A model generated the notes under the pieces. The model searched no databases. It was given only the letters and a program-made list of their open reading frames with translations, and had not been told where the DNA came from. Below are positions 41,001-51,320 of a DNA stretch of 64,000 nt, piece after piece. Positions within the stretch are counted from its first letter, which is position 1, and each line of letters opens with the position of its first letter. The stretch lies in the NCBI GenBank assembly GCA_963733095.1, contig CAVTBV010000006.1, positions 64,001-128,000 on the forward strand. Reading direction: 5' to 3'. The position numbers and the translations under genes are program-made. This DNA comes from Candidatus Bathyarchaeota archaeon (GTDB taxonomy: Archaea; Thermoproteota; Bathyarchaeia; Bathyarchaeales; Bathycorpusculaceae).

Positions 41001-41721
41001 AGACTTCAAAGAGAAAGTGCGTAAGCACAGCCAAATCGAACAGAAGCCGTTGAGTGCTTCACTGTCTCCTCAGATCCTTGAGAAGCTTAAAAAAGAGGGC
41101 GTAGACCCAGATAATTTTACTCTGAAGCAGTTATGGCCTGAAGTTCTAGACAAGGATGGCACTGATTTATCTCTCATGTCCGGCGCAGAAATGGAAGTGA
41201 TGGTGGCTTATGGAACGCTTCGTAAGTATCTTATCGAGAAGTATCCGCAGTCTCAACAAGAAGCCAAGGCGCTTGGTCAGGTTTGGGATGAAGAGCCGGA
41301 CGAGCCCTACCAAATCAACGCAGTTAAAGCCCGAGAAGATCCGAAAGGCAAGCTCTTCTGGCAATCGGTCCTAAAAATGGCAGCCATATTTGACAAAGTA
41401 CGTGTGTTGCAGACTCAAGCCTTAGAATACGAGAAAATCTGTATCCGCATGTACTGGCATCTCTCCTATAATTGGACTCATGCTCCAAACGTCGAGGTTT
41501 TTAGAGGCAGCTTTGAGAATCGTGACGGTGACATTTTCGAGATAGTGGAGACCTACTTCAAAATCTGCAGAAAATATCATGTTTCAACCTTTGAGAAGCC
41601 ATACTACTTTTTGCCTGATGAGCGTAAGCGAGACATAAAGCTGGAGGGCGACATGCTCAAGCGCACGGGCAGCTACAATGAAAATGAAATCCGCATTTCA
41701 ATTTTGGAAGGAATACCGTGA
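40984..41721 (+). CDS. hypothetical protein (element)
   Basis: GTG start after GGAGG, overlapping the previous gene. Confidence 0.75.
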   Translation: MSDLFEDFKEKVRKHSQIEQKPLSASLSPQILEKLKKEGVDPDNFTLKQLWPEVLDKDGTDLSLMSGAEMEVMVAYGTLRKYLIEKYPQSQQEAKALGQVWDEEPDEPYQINAVKAREDPKGKLFWQSVLKMAAIFDKVRVLQTQALEYEKICIRMYWHLSYNWTHAPNVEVFRGSFENRDGDIFEIVETYFKICRKYHVSTFEKPYYFLPDERKRDIKLEGDMLKRTGSYNENEIRISILEGIP

Positions 41722-42152
41722 ACGATATCCTCGAAAGACGCTTAGAATTCCTAAAGCTCGAAGCAAAAGGTTTAACGCTCTGTGAAATTGTGAAGGTTCT
41801 AAGCGAAAAATACCAAACCTCAGAGAGAAACATCTACTACGACGCAGAAAACCGCGACACCTGGCAACCCGTCCTAACCCAACTCTTCGACTTAGACAAA
41901 GCACGGCTCATAATCGTGAATCGGTACGACTATCTTTACCGTGTGGCAAGCCTCCATTTTCAGACTGCAGGGGAAACGCAAAAACCAGTTTACCTCTCTA
42001 AGATGGTTGACATAACTGATCGCCTTGTAACCTTGCTGGGGCTAGAGACGCTTAAAGAAAAACAAGATAAAGAGAAGCACGAAGTGGAAATTGAAAAAGA
42101 AATCGCAGAAAATGAAGCCTTATTGCAAGCTTCAAAATTTGGGAGGACGTAG
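41718..42152 (+). CDS. HTH protein, terminase small subunit-like
   Basis: N-terminal HTH (RRLEFLKL..KGLT..EIV..LSEKYQTSERNIYYD), then helical oligomerisation-type segments ending in LLGL. TerS-like size and layout. Confidence 0.5.
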   Translation: MNDILERRLEFLKLEAKGLTLCEIVKVLSEKYQTSERNIYYDAENRDTWQPVLTQLFDLDKARLIIVNRYDYLYRVASLHFQTAGETQKPVYLSKMVDITDRLVTLLGLETLKEKQDKEKHEVEIEKEIAENEALLQASKFGRT

Positions 42153-42372
42153 TTATTACTTTTCACCAAAAAACTTAAAGTATTGCCCTGCATTTCACCC
42201 AAATAGAGAGCCGCACTCTATCCTTGTTAGTAAACAAGTGGATTCGACTAGCCTATAGTTGCCCTGTAAACCAAAATGTTACTGCGGATTTCTTGTGCGA
42301 GGAGCAACCTATGATTACTATTTTACTAAATAGAGGAAATCTGGATCATCACCAAATAACAAAAAACGCTCT

Positions 42373-43536
42373 TCAATGCTTGTGTTTTCTAAAGTAAGTC
42401 AACAATGTTAATGCTGTTGCGGTGGTGAATACTGTGAGAATTGTCAATGGTGAGAACTCTGGAACTGTAGGAGTGGGTGTGGGCGATATGGACGGCAAAG
42501 AGTCATCGGAAACAAATTGAATGGAGCTGTTACCCATAGCAAGCATCAAATTCTTTCCTGTATCGTAAACCATGAAAACGCTGCTTATAGGAACAGTTTC
42601 AATAACACTTCTTGTTTTATCTGATATTATGTAGGTTGTGTTAAGCGCAGTGCCCGCAAACAAGACACTCTTTACTGGGTCATAAGCAACACATATTGGG
42701 TTATATTCCAGCGGAATGGAGTCTATTACTGTATGGGTTTTATCGGATATAACTAGCACAGACCTATTAGAAGGCAGATATATTTCGCCTGTTACGGCGT
42801 CATAGGCTCCAGCAGCCCCTATACCACTGTCTAAGGGCACGGTTGCAATAACGGAATTAGTGGCATCCGATATTACTGACAGGAAATGTATCGGGTTTTC
42901 GCCTGGTCTATTTTTTTCACGGTAGACATATATTTCTCCCTTTCCAGAATCGTAGATTAAGCGTGATGGAGGCGGATCGTCTCCTAAGGGTATGGTTTCC
43001 ACTACTTGTTTGGTTGTCTCTGATATGACTAAGACCTCGGCAGTGAGAGTGCTATAGTCATAGCTGCCGACGAATATTTCGCCTCTGCCAGAATCATAAA
43101 CTATAAATCCGATACCTCTATCTCCTTGGCCTGAGTTTTTGTTCAAGTCGATAGTTGCCATCACTGAATTGCTGGCATCAGATATAACTGATATAGTGCC
43201 TGAGCCTTGATTTGCAACATAAATTTCATGAAGCGCAGAGGCATAGGCAATGCTGACTGGATTTTGACCAACTGTGACATTTGCAAGAACTTTGTAGTTG
43301 CTGTCTGATATTGCTGCTACTGTATTGGTTGGCTTGGAAAGCGGCATTCCCAACTCATTGGTGTATGAATAATCTGTGGTTACCCACACTGCGCCTTTAT
43401 AAGAATCATAAGCCATAATTGGCGGTCCATTATATGGAATCGATTTGACTATTTCAATTGCTTGAACTGGAATTATAGATGTCAATACCACCAAAACTGC
43501 CAGAAATAGAATAAACAAGCAATTCGCGGTCTTCAT
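42373..43536 (-). CDS. YncE/YVTN-type beta-propeller surface protein with PEF-CTERM-like anchor
   Basis: Signal peptide, repeats YDSGKGEIYV...SVISDATNSVIATV, then TPTPTVPEF-TM-RKHKH. Confidence 0.88.
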   Translation of the reverse strand: MKTANCLFILFLAVLVVLTSIIPVQAIEIVKSIPYNGPPIMAYDSYKGAVWVTTDYSYTNELGMPLSKPTNTVAAISDSNYKVLANVTVGQNPVSIAYASALHEIYVANQGSGTISVISDASNSVMATIDLNKNSGQGDRGIGFIVYDSGRGEIFVGSYDYSTLTAEVLVISETTKQVVETIPLGDDPPPSRLIYDSGKGEIYVYREKNRPGENPIHFLSVISDATNSVIATVPLDSGIGAAGAYDAVTGEIYLPSNRSVLVISDKTHTVIDSIPLEYNPICVAYDPVKSVLFAGTALNTTYIISDKTRSVIETVPISSVFMVYDTGKNLMLAMGNSSIQFVSDDSLPSISPTPTPTVPEFSPLTILTVFTTATALTLLTYFRKHKH

Positions 43537-43899
43537 TTTCGATTTGCTCCAATTAGACAGTCGGTTGTGTTCCTAATAGATATTTGCACAGTTTCGTTTG
43601 TTGACTAAAATTTCCCCAACAAGATTGAGTAGTTGGCGATCGTGTCTTCCGGAAAAGTTACAAAGACAGAAAAAACTACTTATAAAGTAAATATAATGAG
43701 AATCGAAGAGTAAACGTAAGCCTAATACCCTCTTAAGCCTGAATAAAATAGATAGCCCTCCCTTCTGTTATTGAAACCTCGACATAACAATAGAGCGGTA
43801 CTGCCTTAATAACGCAAAGCCTCGATTAAGCCACAATTTTGGTCATAAAGTTTAAAGCGTATAAAAAAAGGAGATGGTTGTTTGAACAGATTCTTACGG

Positions 43900-44784
43900 C
43901 TAAGCAACAGGTCGGAATAAATTTTCTCGTGTCAACTGAGCTGAGGGAACAAGATCATTGTAGAGAAAACCGCTTTCATAACTGCCAAGCTGTACTACAT
44001 CTTTAGGAGCACTAGTTAATGGGTCTTCAAAGATGGAAACTGAACTGTTTGTCATCGTTACGTAACCAATTCTGTAGACAGTGACTGAGACGGAATTTGG
44101 TTTTCCTGCACCAAATAGTCCTAACGCGCTAACCGGTGAGTTAGTGTACGATGTAATGGTACCAAGTGTGTCGGTTAAAAACGATTTGTTGCTATCCCAT
44201 TTAAATTTAAAGTTGCCTGCAAGGTTGCTATAAAGACTAGCGTTATACAAGTCGGGTACATATTGAATCAAAGTCGATAGGGAAGCATTAGAAAGCGAAG
44301 AATCATAGGTGGTTCCCATAAAATAAGCACGGTATTCTGCAGGTCCTGTATCTGCAGCAATTTTGATTCCATAGACTTCAACAACCGCATCGCTACCCGG
44401 AAACTGCACTTGCGAAGTTAACGTGATATTCAACCGTATTACTGACGGATATTGGGTGAAAAGGCGCATCGTCGTGTCTGTTCCTTTCTCGAAATATGTG
44501 CTTACATTGGATGGGGCGGGTCCAACATATGCGTATGCTACGTGGACTTGAAATTGTGTCTGTGGAGACGCCACTTCATGGGGGGCAGTAGGAATGCTTG
44601 TTTGGGAGGGCGTTTGGATGGTGTCAGGAGGTTGGATAGAGCCAGGAGGTTGGATAAGTGTAGGAGATTGGATAGAGGTAGCTAAAGCGAGTGAGATTGG
44701 AATAGTAAGCATAAGTGCAATAATCAAGCCTAATGCAATCTTTCGTTTGTCAGAAGATAGAAGTTTATTGATAGGGTTATGCAT
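43900..44784 (-). CDS. secreted/membrane-anchored protein
   Basis: Basic patch plus TM/signal peptide, IQPP repeats, S/T-rich body. Confidence 0.75.
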   Translation of the reverse strand: MHNPINKLLSSDKRKIALGLIIALMLTIPISLALATSIQSPTLIQPPGSIQPPDTIQTPSQTSIPTAPHEVASPQTQFQVHVAYAYVGPAPSNVSTYFEKGTDTTMRLFTQYPSVIRLNITLTSQVQFPGSDAVVEVYGIKIAADTGPAEYRAYFMGTTYDSSLSNASLSTLIQYVPDLYNASLYSNLAGNFKFKWDSNKSFLTDTLGTITSYTNSPVSALGLFGAGKPNSVSVTVYRIGYVTMTNSSVSIFEDPLTSAPKDVVQLGSYESGFLYNDLVPSAQLTRENLFRPVA

Positions 44785-45511
44785 AGGGATCCAACCAATC
44801 ACCGTAAGTGGAAAACTGGCTGTAATAATGTGCTGTTAGGAAAGCATAAGACGAAATTTCTTCTGGCATGTTGGACCAATACCCGCTAGTCTGGGCATAT
44901 TTATAGTAGACAGTCCAAGGATTATTGATGTAGAAGAATGCACCCCGAGTCATGCCTTCGGCTGAATAGCGGTCGCCAAAATCCCAATTCCACTGAGAAC
45001 CGACGTAATTACAATAGTAATAAACATACTGCTGACCATTCCAATATCGAATGTCCGGATGTTTCCATTCGTCATATTCATAATACCAATAGGAATTCAG
45101 CCATTCACCGCTAGAGTAGTCATAAGTAACGTAGCGAGTTGCAGATGGTAGACCGAAATCAACGTCAAAAGTCATTTGCATCGGCGGCATTGTACGTACT
45201 GGAGAGTCATCATAAGTGCTACTACTACACCCTGCTTGGGTACTAAACCACCAGTTTCCGTAATTGTAATATGGATCATAATAGTAAGCATAAGGGTCAT
45301 AGTCTGTATATAAGCCGAGTCCGACCATCATGTTGTCAGATGCACCTAGGGCAGAATGCTCGCAGTCGTTAAAACACGGGTAGTCAGAAGGAGGATTATA
45401 ATTATCACTGCACCAGCTTTTACCCGAAGGCCCAACTGCTAATGTCATTGGCAATGAGATCATTAGCATAACAAATACAAGCGCAAATATTGTTATATGA
45501 ATTTTGTGCAT
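44777..45511 (-). CDS. Tyr/Trp-rich secreted protein
   Basis: AGGTGA upstream, signal peptide, very high Y/W content and several Cys. Confidence 0.75.
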   Translation of the reverse strand: MHKIHITIFALVFVMLMISLPMTLAVGPSGKSWCSDNYNPPSDYPCFNDCEHSALGASDNMMVGLGLYTDYDPYAYYYDPYYNYGNWWFSTQAGCSSSTYDDSPVRTMPPMQMTFDVDFGLPSATRYVTYDYSSGEWLNSYWYYEYDEWKHPDIRYWNGQQYVYYYCNYVGSQWNWDFGDRYSAEGMTRGAFFYINNPWTVYYKYAQTSGYWSNMPEEISSYAFLTAHYYSQFSTYGDWLDPYA

Positions 45512-45922
45512 TTCTATCACCTGTTTGTATTGCCTTTGTTTGTTCTCTTTGTGCCCTTCCCTTAGGGCTAGGCGGTGACACGCCCCCAAGGCAATCAGCC
45601 CTGGCTTCGCTAACTTATTTGATATTGTATGAGAGCTAAAGCAAGCATGCCAGTCGTGTTAATTGTGACAAGAAGTCGCTGATTTTTTAGTCATCCGTTT
45701 CAGCCCTCATATTCTTGGGTGAAAGCGTTTGCTTTCCAACCCGTCTATCTAGCGGGCTTTGCTTATAAAATGCTATTAAGCCTTAGTATTCCTAATCCTA
45801 TTCCTAATCCAATCATGACTAAAACTGCATAAGTGTTAAACAAATCAAAAACGAATTGTCGAAAAAGTACTGCTTATAAACTGGTAAGATTTAACAATTT
45901 TTACAAGAGAAGGTGCTTGAAA

Positions 45923-46234
45923 ATGGAGAGAACAAACGTTCATAAGAAAATCTTCGTAGCCTTCTCAGATCTAGCTATCATGGTAGCGCTGAAAAATCAA
46001 ATCATGACGGGCTATGCCATCAACAAGTATTTTGTGAGAAAAACCGGAGACATAGCAAGCACCAGCACGGTTTACTCTACACTTGCAACTATTGAGAGAA
46101 AAGGCCTAATAAAATGTGTTAGGAATAAAAGCGGTCGAGCTTATGCTTTAACAGACGAAGGCGAGAAAATCGTCAACTGTGTAAGTAGCGTAATTGAAGA
46201 AAGCAAACGATTCATCGACAAACTTCTCACATAG
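45923..46234 (+). CDS. PadR-like wHTH regulator
   Basis: MTGYAINKY...STSTVYSTL..IERKGLI...YALTDEG. Confidence 0.85.
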   Translation: MERTNVHKKIFVAFSDLAIMVALKNQIMTGYAINKYFVRKTGDIASTSTVYSTLATIERKGLIKCVRNKSGRAYALTDEGEKIVNCVSSVIEESKRFIDKLLT

Positions 46235-46423
46235 CGCCACTGCAAAAACCAAAGATTTTTGATTTATTGTTATTTTTTAGGTGTTGTCTATTGGTAGAGT
46301 CTTTTTTACGAGCAAGCTTTGCTTCTGGTTTTTAGGCATTATTTCTTTTTTTGTGTTAGCGGATGCTATAACTTGCAAAGTTTCTTATACCGAATTAGCG
46401 CATGGATAAAGAAAGGTGGGCTG

Positions 46424-46822
46424 ATGAAAAAGAAATTCATTTTAGCAATAGCAGTTGTAACTATTCTGTTAGTAGCGATTGGCGTAGGATTGTTTTTTTT
46501 CAACGGTCAAGCTCCTCCTGAGGTTAAAGCCCGTGATTCGGCAATCAGTTATATTAAAGACAACCATTCCGAAACGTCTTTTATGATGCATACTTTTGCT
46601 TGGGAAGGTGGAATACGATATAATTTTGAAGCTGGAAAAGACTCCTACATTTACTCGAGTCCAGATCAGGGGTGGAGTCTAACCATTCAACGCCCTGAAG
46701 GCGCCACTGACGCAACTTATACCATACTGGCTGTCTGCACTTCAGGCGGCGCTGTTCTTGAGTGGCACGGAACATACCACGACGGAGTAATCACCGAAAC
46801 AAGTTATCGGCTTACTCAATAG
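46424..46822 (+). CDS. small membrane-anchored exported protein
   Basis: MKKKFILAIAVVTILLVAIGVGLFFF signal anchor. Confidence 0.75.
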   Translation: MKKKFILAIAVVTILLVAIGVGLFFFNGQAPPEVKARDSAISYIKDNHSETSFMMHTFAWEGGIRYNFEAGKDSYIYSSPDQGWSLTIQRPEGATDATYTILAVCTSGGAVLEWHGTYHDGVITETSYRLTQ

Positions 46823-47020
46823 AAAACAACGCACTAAATCCCTACTTTGTCTGGTCCAGAAAACGTCAAAGTACCAATATCAACAGTAGTATGCTTGGGT
46901 TCGCAATGAAGAAAGCAATAGGCTGACAAATGCCAATGCAAGAAGCCAAGGCAAATTAAAATTAGGTTTATTGAATCTAGCCATTGTTGGAGTGATAAGC
47001 CCTTATTTTTTGAGCGATTG

Positions 47021-47338
47021 TTAAAGTGGGGATTGTTTTGATTGAACTATTCCCCTCTTCAACGCTAAAAAGACAAAGAACTGAGCACATGCCGCTACAA
47101 CAGCTGCTTTCAATGCAGATAAGCCCTCCAGGCCAGCAACAGACCCCCCACCCAAAGTGCTAAAGAAGGTTAAGCCGCTGATGATTGCAGCATCAACAAG
47201 CGCATCTTCCCAGTCGAACTTTTGCATTGAAATATTTGCCAAACTGTTCGTGCAATAGATGATTAATCCCTTAACAGTTAATCTCGGAATATAGTTTCTT
47301 TCTTTTAGGATACTTGTACATTTCTTTACTGTCGCCAT
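47021..47338 (-). CDS. small two-TM membrane protein (holin-like)
   Basis: Two hydrophobic helices and a basic C-terminus; downstream of the tail-fibre-like gene. Confidence 0.5.
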   Translation of the reverse strand: MATVKKCTSILKERNYIPRLTVKGLIIYCTNSLANISMQKFDWEDALVDAAIISGLTFFSTLGGGSVAGLEGLSALKAAVVAACAQFFVFLALKRGIVQSKQSPL

Positions 47339-47408
47339 TTGTCTACCACTTTTTTTTACTTTTGGTTTTTTTACAAAAAAGGAAAAAGGAAATTATTTGC
47401 TTTGACTT

Positions 47409-47600
47409 CTAGTTTTTGCTGGTTTTCTGCTGATTCGCTTTTAAGTCAGCGTTCTCCTTTTTTAAAGTGCCATTCTCGTCCATAATTGTCTTCATTACAC
47501 TGTTGAGCTGGGTCATCATGTCGTTGATGCGCAGGTTAAGCATGCCGATCTGTTGCATGACTGGTGAAGCTTCAGCTGTGTTTTCGGTCAATGTAGTCAC
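47409..47600 (-). CDS. small coiled-coil protein
   Basis: GGAGGTG start; heptad pattern LNLRINDMMTQLN...LKKENADLK. Confidence 0.65.
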   Translation of the reverse strand: MTTLTENTAEASPVMQQIGMLNLRINDMMTQLNSVMKTIMDENGTLKKENADLKANQQKTSKN

Positions 47601-47635
47601 CTCCGGGCGAGTTTGATTTTTGGTTGAGTGGTGAG

Positions 47636-50600
47636 TTATGCTGTTGTTAACTTAGTCTTCAATTGTTCAACTTCTGCATTTAGCTGTTCAATCCGTTTTT
47701 GCAATTCTGCATTGACCGCGTCGTTCTCATCAAATTTTTCTACCATCTTGCGCTGCACTGAAAGATGCCAACCATTGACTTTACCAACTTCGCAGAAGCC
47801 GTCTCCGTCTAGCAAGTGCTTAATGGTATCTGGGTCAATTATTTCTTTGCCGTCTGGGTCTGTTTTGGTTTTCATTCTGCGGATCAGGTCCAAGTCGTCG
47901 TAAGCATCAAACGCGCCATGGCTTGTTTTGTATAACAGATAGTTTGCATAGACCGATCCCCAATATGGATAACCAGATACGCCTGCACCATTTCCGCCTA
48001 AACTGCCGTTGTTGTCACCGTATGGGTATATGCCGAGCCCAGTTGAGTAGGATTTCATGTGGTTCATGAAGTAGAGATAACCCGTTGCGGTTGGCTGCCA
48101 ATAGTCGCATTTCATTATTGAACAGTTTAGAGCGCCAAGTCCACCTGAACCGTTATCGATGGCCAACACGTTTGCGGCAGCTCTTCTCATATAGACGTCC
48201 CAACCGCCCGATCCGTTTGACCAGCCAATGTAGTTGTCCCCGCCAATTTTTATGTACCCCGCAAGTTCCATAGATCCAACGCCATTGTCTAAACAGCTGT
48301 TTGCCGTATATATCGCGCCGTTGCTACGCACGATCTTTAATCCCTGCCCTAAAAATGAAGCATCGTCTCCATATCTAAGCAAGAGATAATCGTTGCCTGC
48401 ATTTCCGCCAGAAGTCGTACCCCATAGATATTCCGCCCAAAAGCCTTTGCCAGATTGACCAAATAGGTAATGGTGCAATGAATTATCGGCAGTTTGTTGA
48501 GTGACTATGTATGATCCAGCAGTGATCGTTCCTGCAACTCCAAAGCTGCCAGAAGCGTTAATTTGTCCAAGTTGTGACCATCCACCGGCAGCTGGCATTC
48601 GATAGAAAATAAATGAGTCATCTGCTCCAACGGCTATGGACCATGATGGATAAGACGCACTAGCTTGTGTATTAGTAGAACGGTTCCAATTAGAGCGCAT
48701 TTGAAAATTATTTAGAGCCTCGCGAGAAACCATGTTTTCTTGGAATTGTGCGTATCCCTGCAATGAGAGAGCACCTGTTAGCGTGCAATTTCCTGATGCA
48801 TCAAGAACCATTCTGTTACTGCCGTTTTGTGTGCCCCAGGTAAATCCATTGTAGGACTGGAAATCTAAGGTTCCACCGTACGTGCAGGCAATATAGTTTG
48901 CATTGTTATCTCCAAGATATATCCAAGCTTTGTCACCGTTTGTTGTCCAACGGTTTGAAATTCTCAGGATTGAACTTGCATCGGAGGTATTTTTTATGTC
49001 TAAATTAATAGATGCCCCATTGTAATCTATTATAATTGGCGTTGAGACTGTACCACCGTTCCATCCGCCTGATGTTTGCCACGTGGGGGAGCTGCCTGAA
49101 CCGTTGCTCGTTAAGACTTGTCCTGATGTGCCTCTGCTTCCACCTATGTTTAATGGACAGTTGATGTTTATGCCTGCCGGGCTTCCACTGTTTAGAGGCT
49201 GCAAGCTGTTGATGAAGATCGAGCCGACGTCTAAACCAGCCTTATCAGTGACACCGTTAACGTCGGTTACAGCTAAAGTTGTCGTATTAACCCATGTCAA
49301 TTTAGCATTGTTGTTGAACTGCGCATATCCAGAAATATTGGCATTGCCACTGACTGTTAAACCGTTGTTTATGGTTAGGGTTGTCGCTGAGCTGATGCTG
49401 TTTGCTGTGAGGTTTGTGCAGTAGATTGCGTTCCATTTTTGACTCGATGAGCCCAAGTCCAATTGCTTTCCTGAAGCCGGTAACAGACTACCCGAGCTAC
49501 TGCTTGATGTTATAGTTAAAATTAAGCCAGTGTTATCGATGCTGAACGTTAGGTACTGTGGGGTTGGCGTTGCTGAATTATTACCCAATATTAGATTGCG
49601 AGTGTACATATTTTGCCACATCTTGGTTGACTCGCCGATGCTAGAATGATTGTCGGTGTTAGGTTTGATTGAGTTGTCGTCTGCAAGTGTCAAGACTCCA
49701 TTAACAAATAACCCTGAGACAGATGCGTCAATTTCGCCATCAACAAGAAGGTCGCCATGGACAGTTAGGTTACCCAAATCCAAATGAGCAGGCGTATGTC
49801 CATCAAACTGGAATAGGAACAACGTATCATAATAACCTGAGAAATTACCCGGATTCCATGAGGATCCATCAAACATTTTGTGAGTGCCGCCCGAGTTGTA
49901 CAATTGCCCTGGTTCAGCATTGCTTGGAAGATAATTATCACTGGAGACATAAGGATATGGAATACCCGAGGAATCCAGTGAAATACATGGAGGTGAAGAT
50001 AATACAGGTTTGCCTCTGAAACCATGGTTAAGTACAATTGCCCCTTGCTGGCTAGCGACCAATCCACCTACCTGAAGGTCTTTTTTTACGAGAAAGGACT
50101 CATTCGTTCCGAGGAATGGAATATGATCACCGTAAGCAGGGTTTGTTAACAGAAACAGCTCTGAATACCTTTGATTATAGCCTTCGCCAGTTGTGGTATC
50201 CAAAAATCTTTCGGCACTTTGACCTTGTGGCAGCTCACCGGTTAGGAAGATAGCTTTGATATATTCATCTTCAATTACTGCATGAGCGGTTGCTACCTTG
50301 CGATCGGCTAAAGGAATTGATGTATCAGTTGGTTCTGAAATTGTAACGATTGTTGTATCAGGTGAGTAACCGGAGCCTTCATTTGTAATGTTGATTCTGG
50401 TGACTCGTTTGTAGGGTGAGCCTTCATATTCTGCAGTGGCAGATGCTCCTGAACCTGCTCCAGATATTGAAACCGTAGGAGTAGAGATATAACCAAAACC
50501 ACCTGCTTTTCCTTTTGCACCTGTTAGAATGATTTGTTCAACGATGCCAGTCTGAAAATTAACAATTGCCATAGCACTTGCTGTATCACCCGCTTCCTGG

Positions 50601-50866
50601 GGGTTCGAAATGTACACTGCAGGGAAGGAAGTGTAACCGCCACCCCCACTGTTTACCGTAATTGATGTAACGGTTTTATAAGTTGAGTTAATTGTTGCAG
50701 TTGCCGTTGCGTTTGTGGTGGCACCACCGCCTACAATAGTTACCGAAGGAGCTGAAGTGTAGCCGCTACCTCCACCTGCACCCACTTGCAAATGAGCCAT
50801 CATTTGAAGGCTGGGTAGCGAAGGTGAATTGCATTTCAACTTTACAATGTCTGTGAAATCAGTCAT
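47636..50866 (-). CDS. tail-fibre/spike-like adhesin (1076 aa)
   Basis: GSGYTSAPSVTI.GGG..ATATA repeats, phage-fibre motifs (P.TDN..SIG....W, LDLGSSSQKW..IY, GTSGQVLTSNG.GS.PTW) and a C-terminal coiled coil. No signal peptide. Confidence 0.8.
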   Translation of the reverse strand: MTDFTDIVKLKCNSPSLPSLQMMAHLQVGAGGGSGYTSAPSVTIVGGGATTNATATATINSTYKTVTSITVNSGGGGYTSFPAVYISNPQEAGDTASAMAIVNFQTGIVEQIILTGAKGKAGGFGYISTPTVSISGAGSGASATAEYEGSPYKRVTRINITNEGSGYSPDTTIVTISEPTDTSIPLADRKVATAHAVIEDEYIKAIFLTGELPQGQSAERFLDTTTGEGYNQRYSELFLLTNPAYGDHIPFLGTNESFLVKKDLQVGGLVASQQGAIVLNHGFRGKPVLSSPPCISLDSSGIPYPYVSSDNYLPSNAEPGQLYNSGGTHKMFDGSSWNPGNFSGYYDTLFLFQFDGHTPAHLDLGNLTVHGDLLVDGEIDASVSGLFVNGVLTLADDNSIKPNTDNHSSIGESTKMWQNMYTRNLILGNNSATPTPQYLTFSIDNTGLILTITSSSSSGSLLPASGKQLDLGSSSQKWNAIYCTNLTANSISSATTLTINNGLTVSGNANISGYAQFNNNAKLTWVNTTTLAVTDVNGVTDKAGLDVGSIFINSLQPLNSGSPAGININCPLNIGGSRGTSGQVLTSNGSGSSPTWQTSGGWNGGTVSTPIIIDYNGASINLDIKNTSDASSILRISNRWTTNGDKAWIYLGDNNANYIACTYGGTLDFQSYNGFTWGTQNGSNRMVLDASGNCTLTGALSLQGYAQFQENMVSREALNNFQMRSNWNRSTNTQASASYPSWSIAVGADDSFIFYRMPAAGGWSQLGQINASGSFGVAGTITAGSYIVTQQTADNSLHHYLFGQSGKGFWAEYLWGTTSGGNAGNDYLLLRYGDDASFLGQGLKIVRSNGAIYTANSCLDNGVGSMELAGYIKIGGDNYIGWSNGSGGWDVYMRRAAANVLAIDNGSGGLGALNCSIMKCDYWQPTATGYLYFMNHMKSYSTGLGIYPYGDNNGSLGGNGAGVSGYPYWGSVYANYLLYKTSHGAFDAYDDLDLIRRMKTKTDPDGKEIIDPDTIKHLLDGDGFCEVGKVNGWHLSVQRKMVEKFDENDAVNAELQKRIEQLNAEVEQLKTKLTTA

Positions 50867-51003
50867 GCTTTCGCCTTCTTATTATTTAAGAGGCCATTCT
50901 TCATTGTTTGAAACCGGAATCCACTAAAAAGATTCCCAGAGTTCAAGGGCTGAGCGAAATTTTCGTCCCAGCTATTTTTTGGTTTTGATTTTTGTTCTAA
51001 CAT
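50863..51003 (-). CDS. 46-aa ORF coupled to the tail-fibre gene
   Basis: MLEQKSKPKNSWDENFAQPLNSG...KKAKA*; its TGA overlaps the fibre ATG (ATGA). Confidence 0.4.
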   Translation of the reverse strand: MLEQKSKPKNSWDENFAQPLNSGNLFSGFRFQTMKNGLLNNKKAKA

Positions 51004-51056
51004 TTTAGATCATCAACTAAGCACTCGCATTTTTGTAATTTAAACAATTTTATGGC

Positions 51057-51199
51057 TTTTTCAGCATAAAAAATTCATTACTAACTATTCGGTAAGAAAA
51101 ATTTAGCATGATTTTTTCATAATGAACTTTTCAGCATGAATTATTCAAGCTGAATTTTTGGGGGTGAATTATTAGTCATGAAAGGAAAATGCTGAAAAA
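51057..51199. promoter_or_regulatory. array of TTYAGCAT-N6-TTCA repeats (three direct, one inverted core)
   Basis: TTCAGCATaaaaaaTTCA, TTTAGCATgattttTTCA and TTCAGCATgaattaTTCA, plus ATGCTGAAAAA at 51189. Confidence 0.5.
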
Positions 51200-51320
51200 T
51201 CAAGAAGAGTGTTTATTAAGGATTGCATGTCGTCTTTCATTTTCATTGAATTTAGGATTGGAAGGAAAAACAAGCAGTTTGCCATAAGCCTTTTAACAAC
51301 AACAGTTTATTTAATTTAAT

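Noticed and set aside
47636-50866. Diversity-generating retroelement targeting the fibre gene
   Set aside because: No reverse transcriptase in the window, and no TR/VR near-duplicate was noticed.
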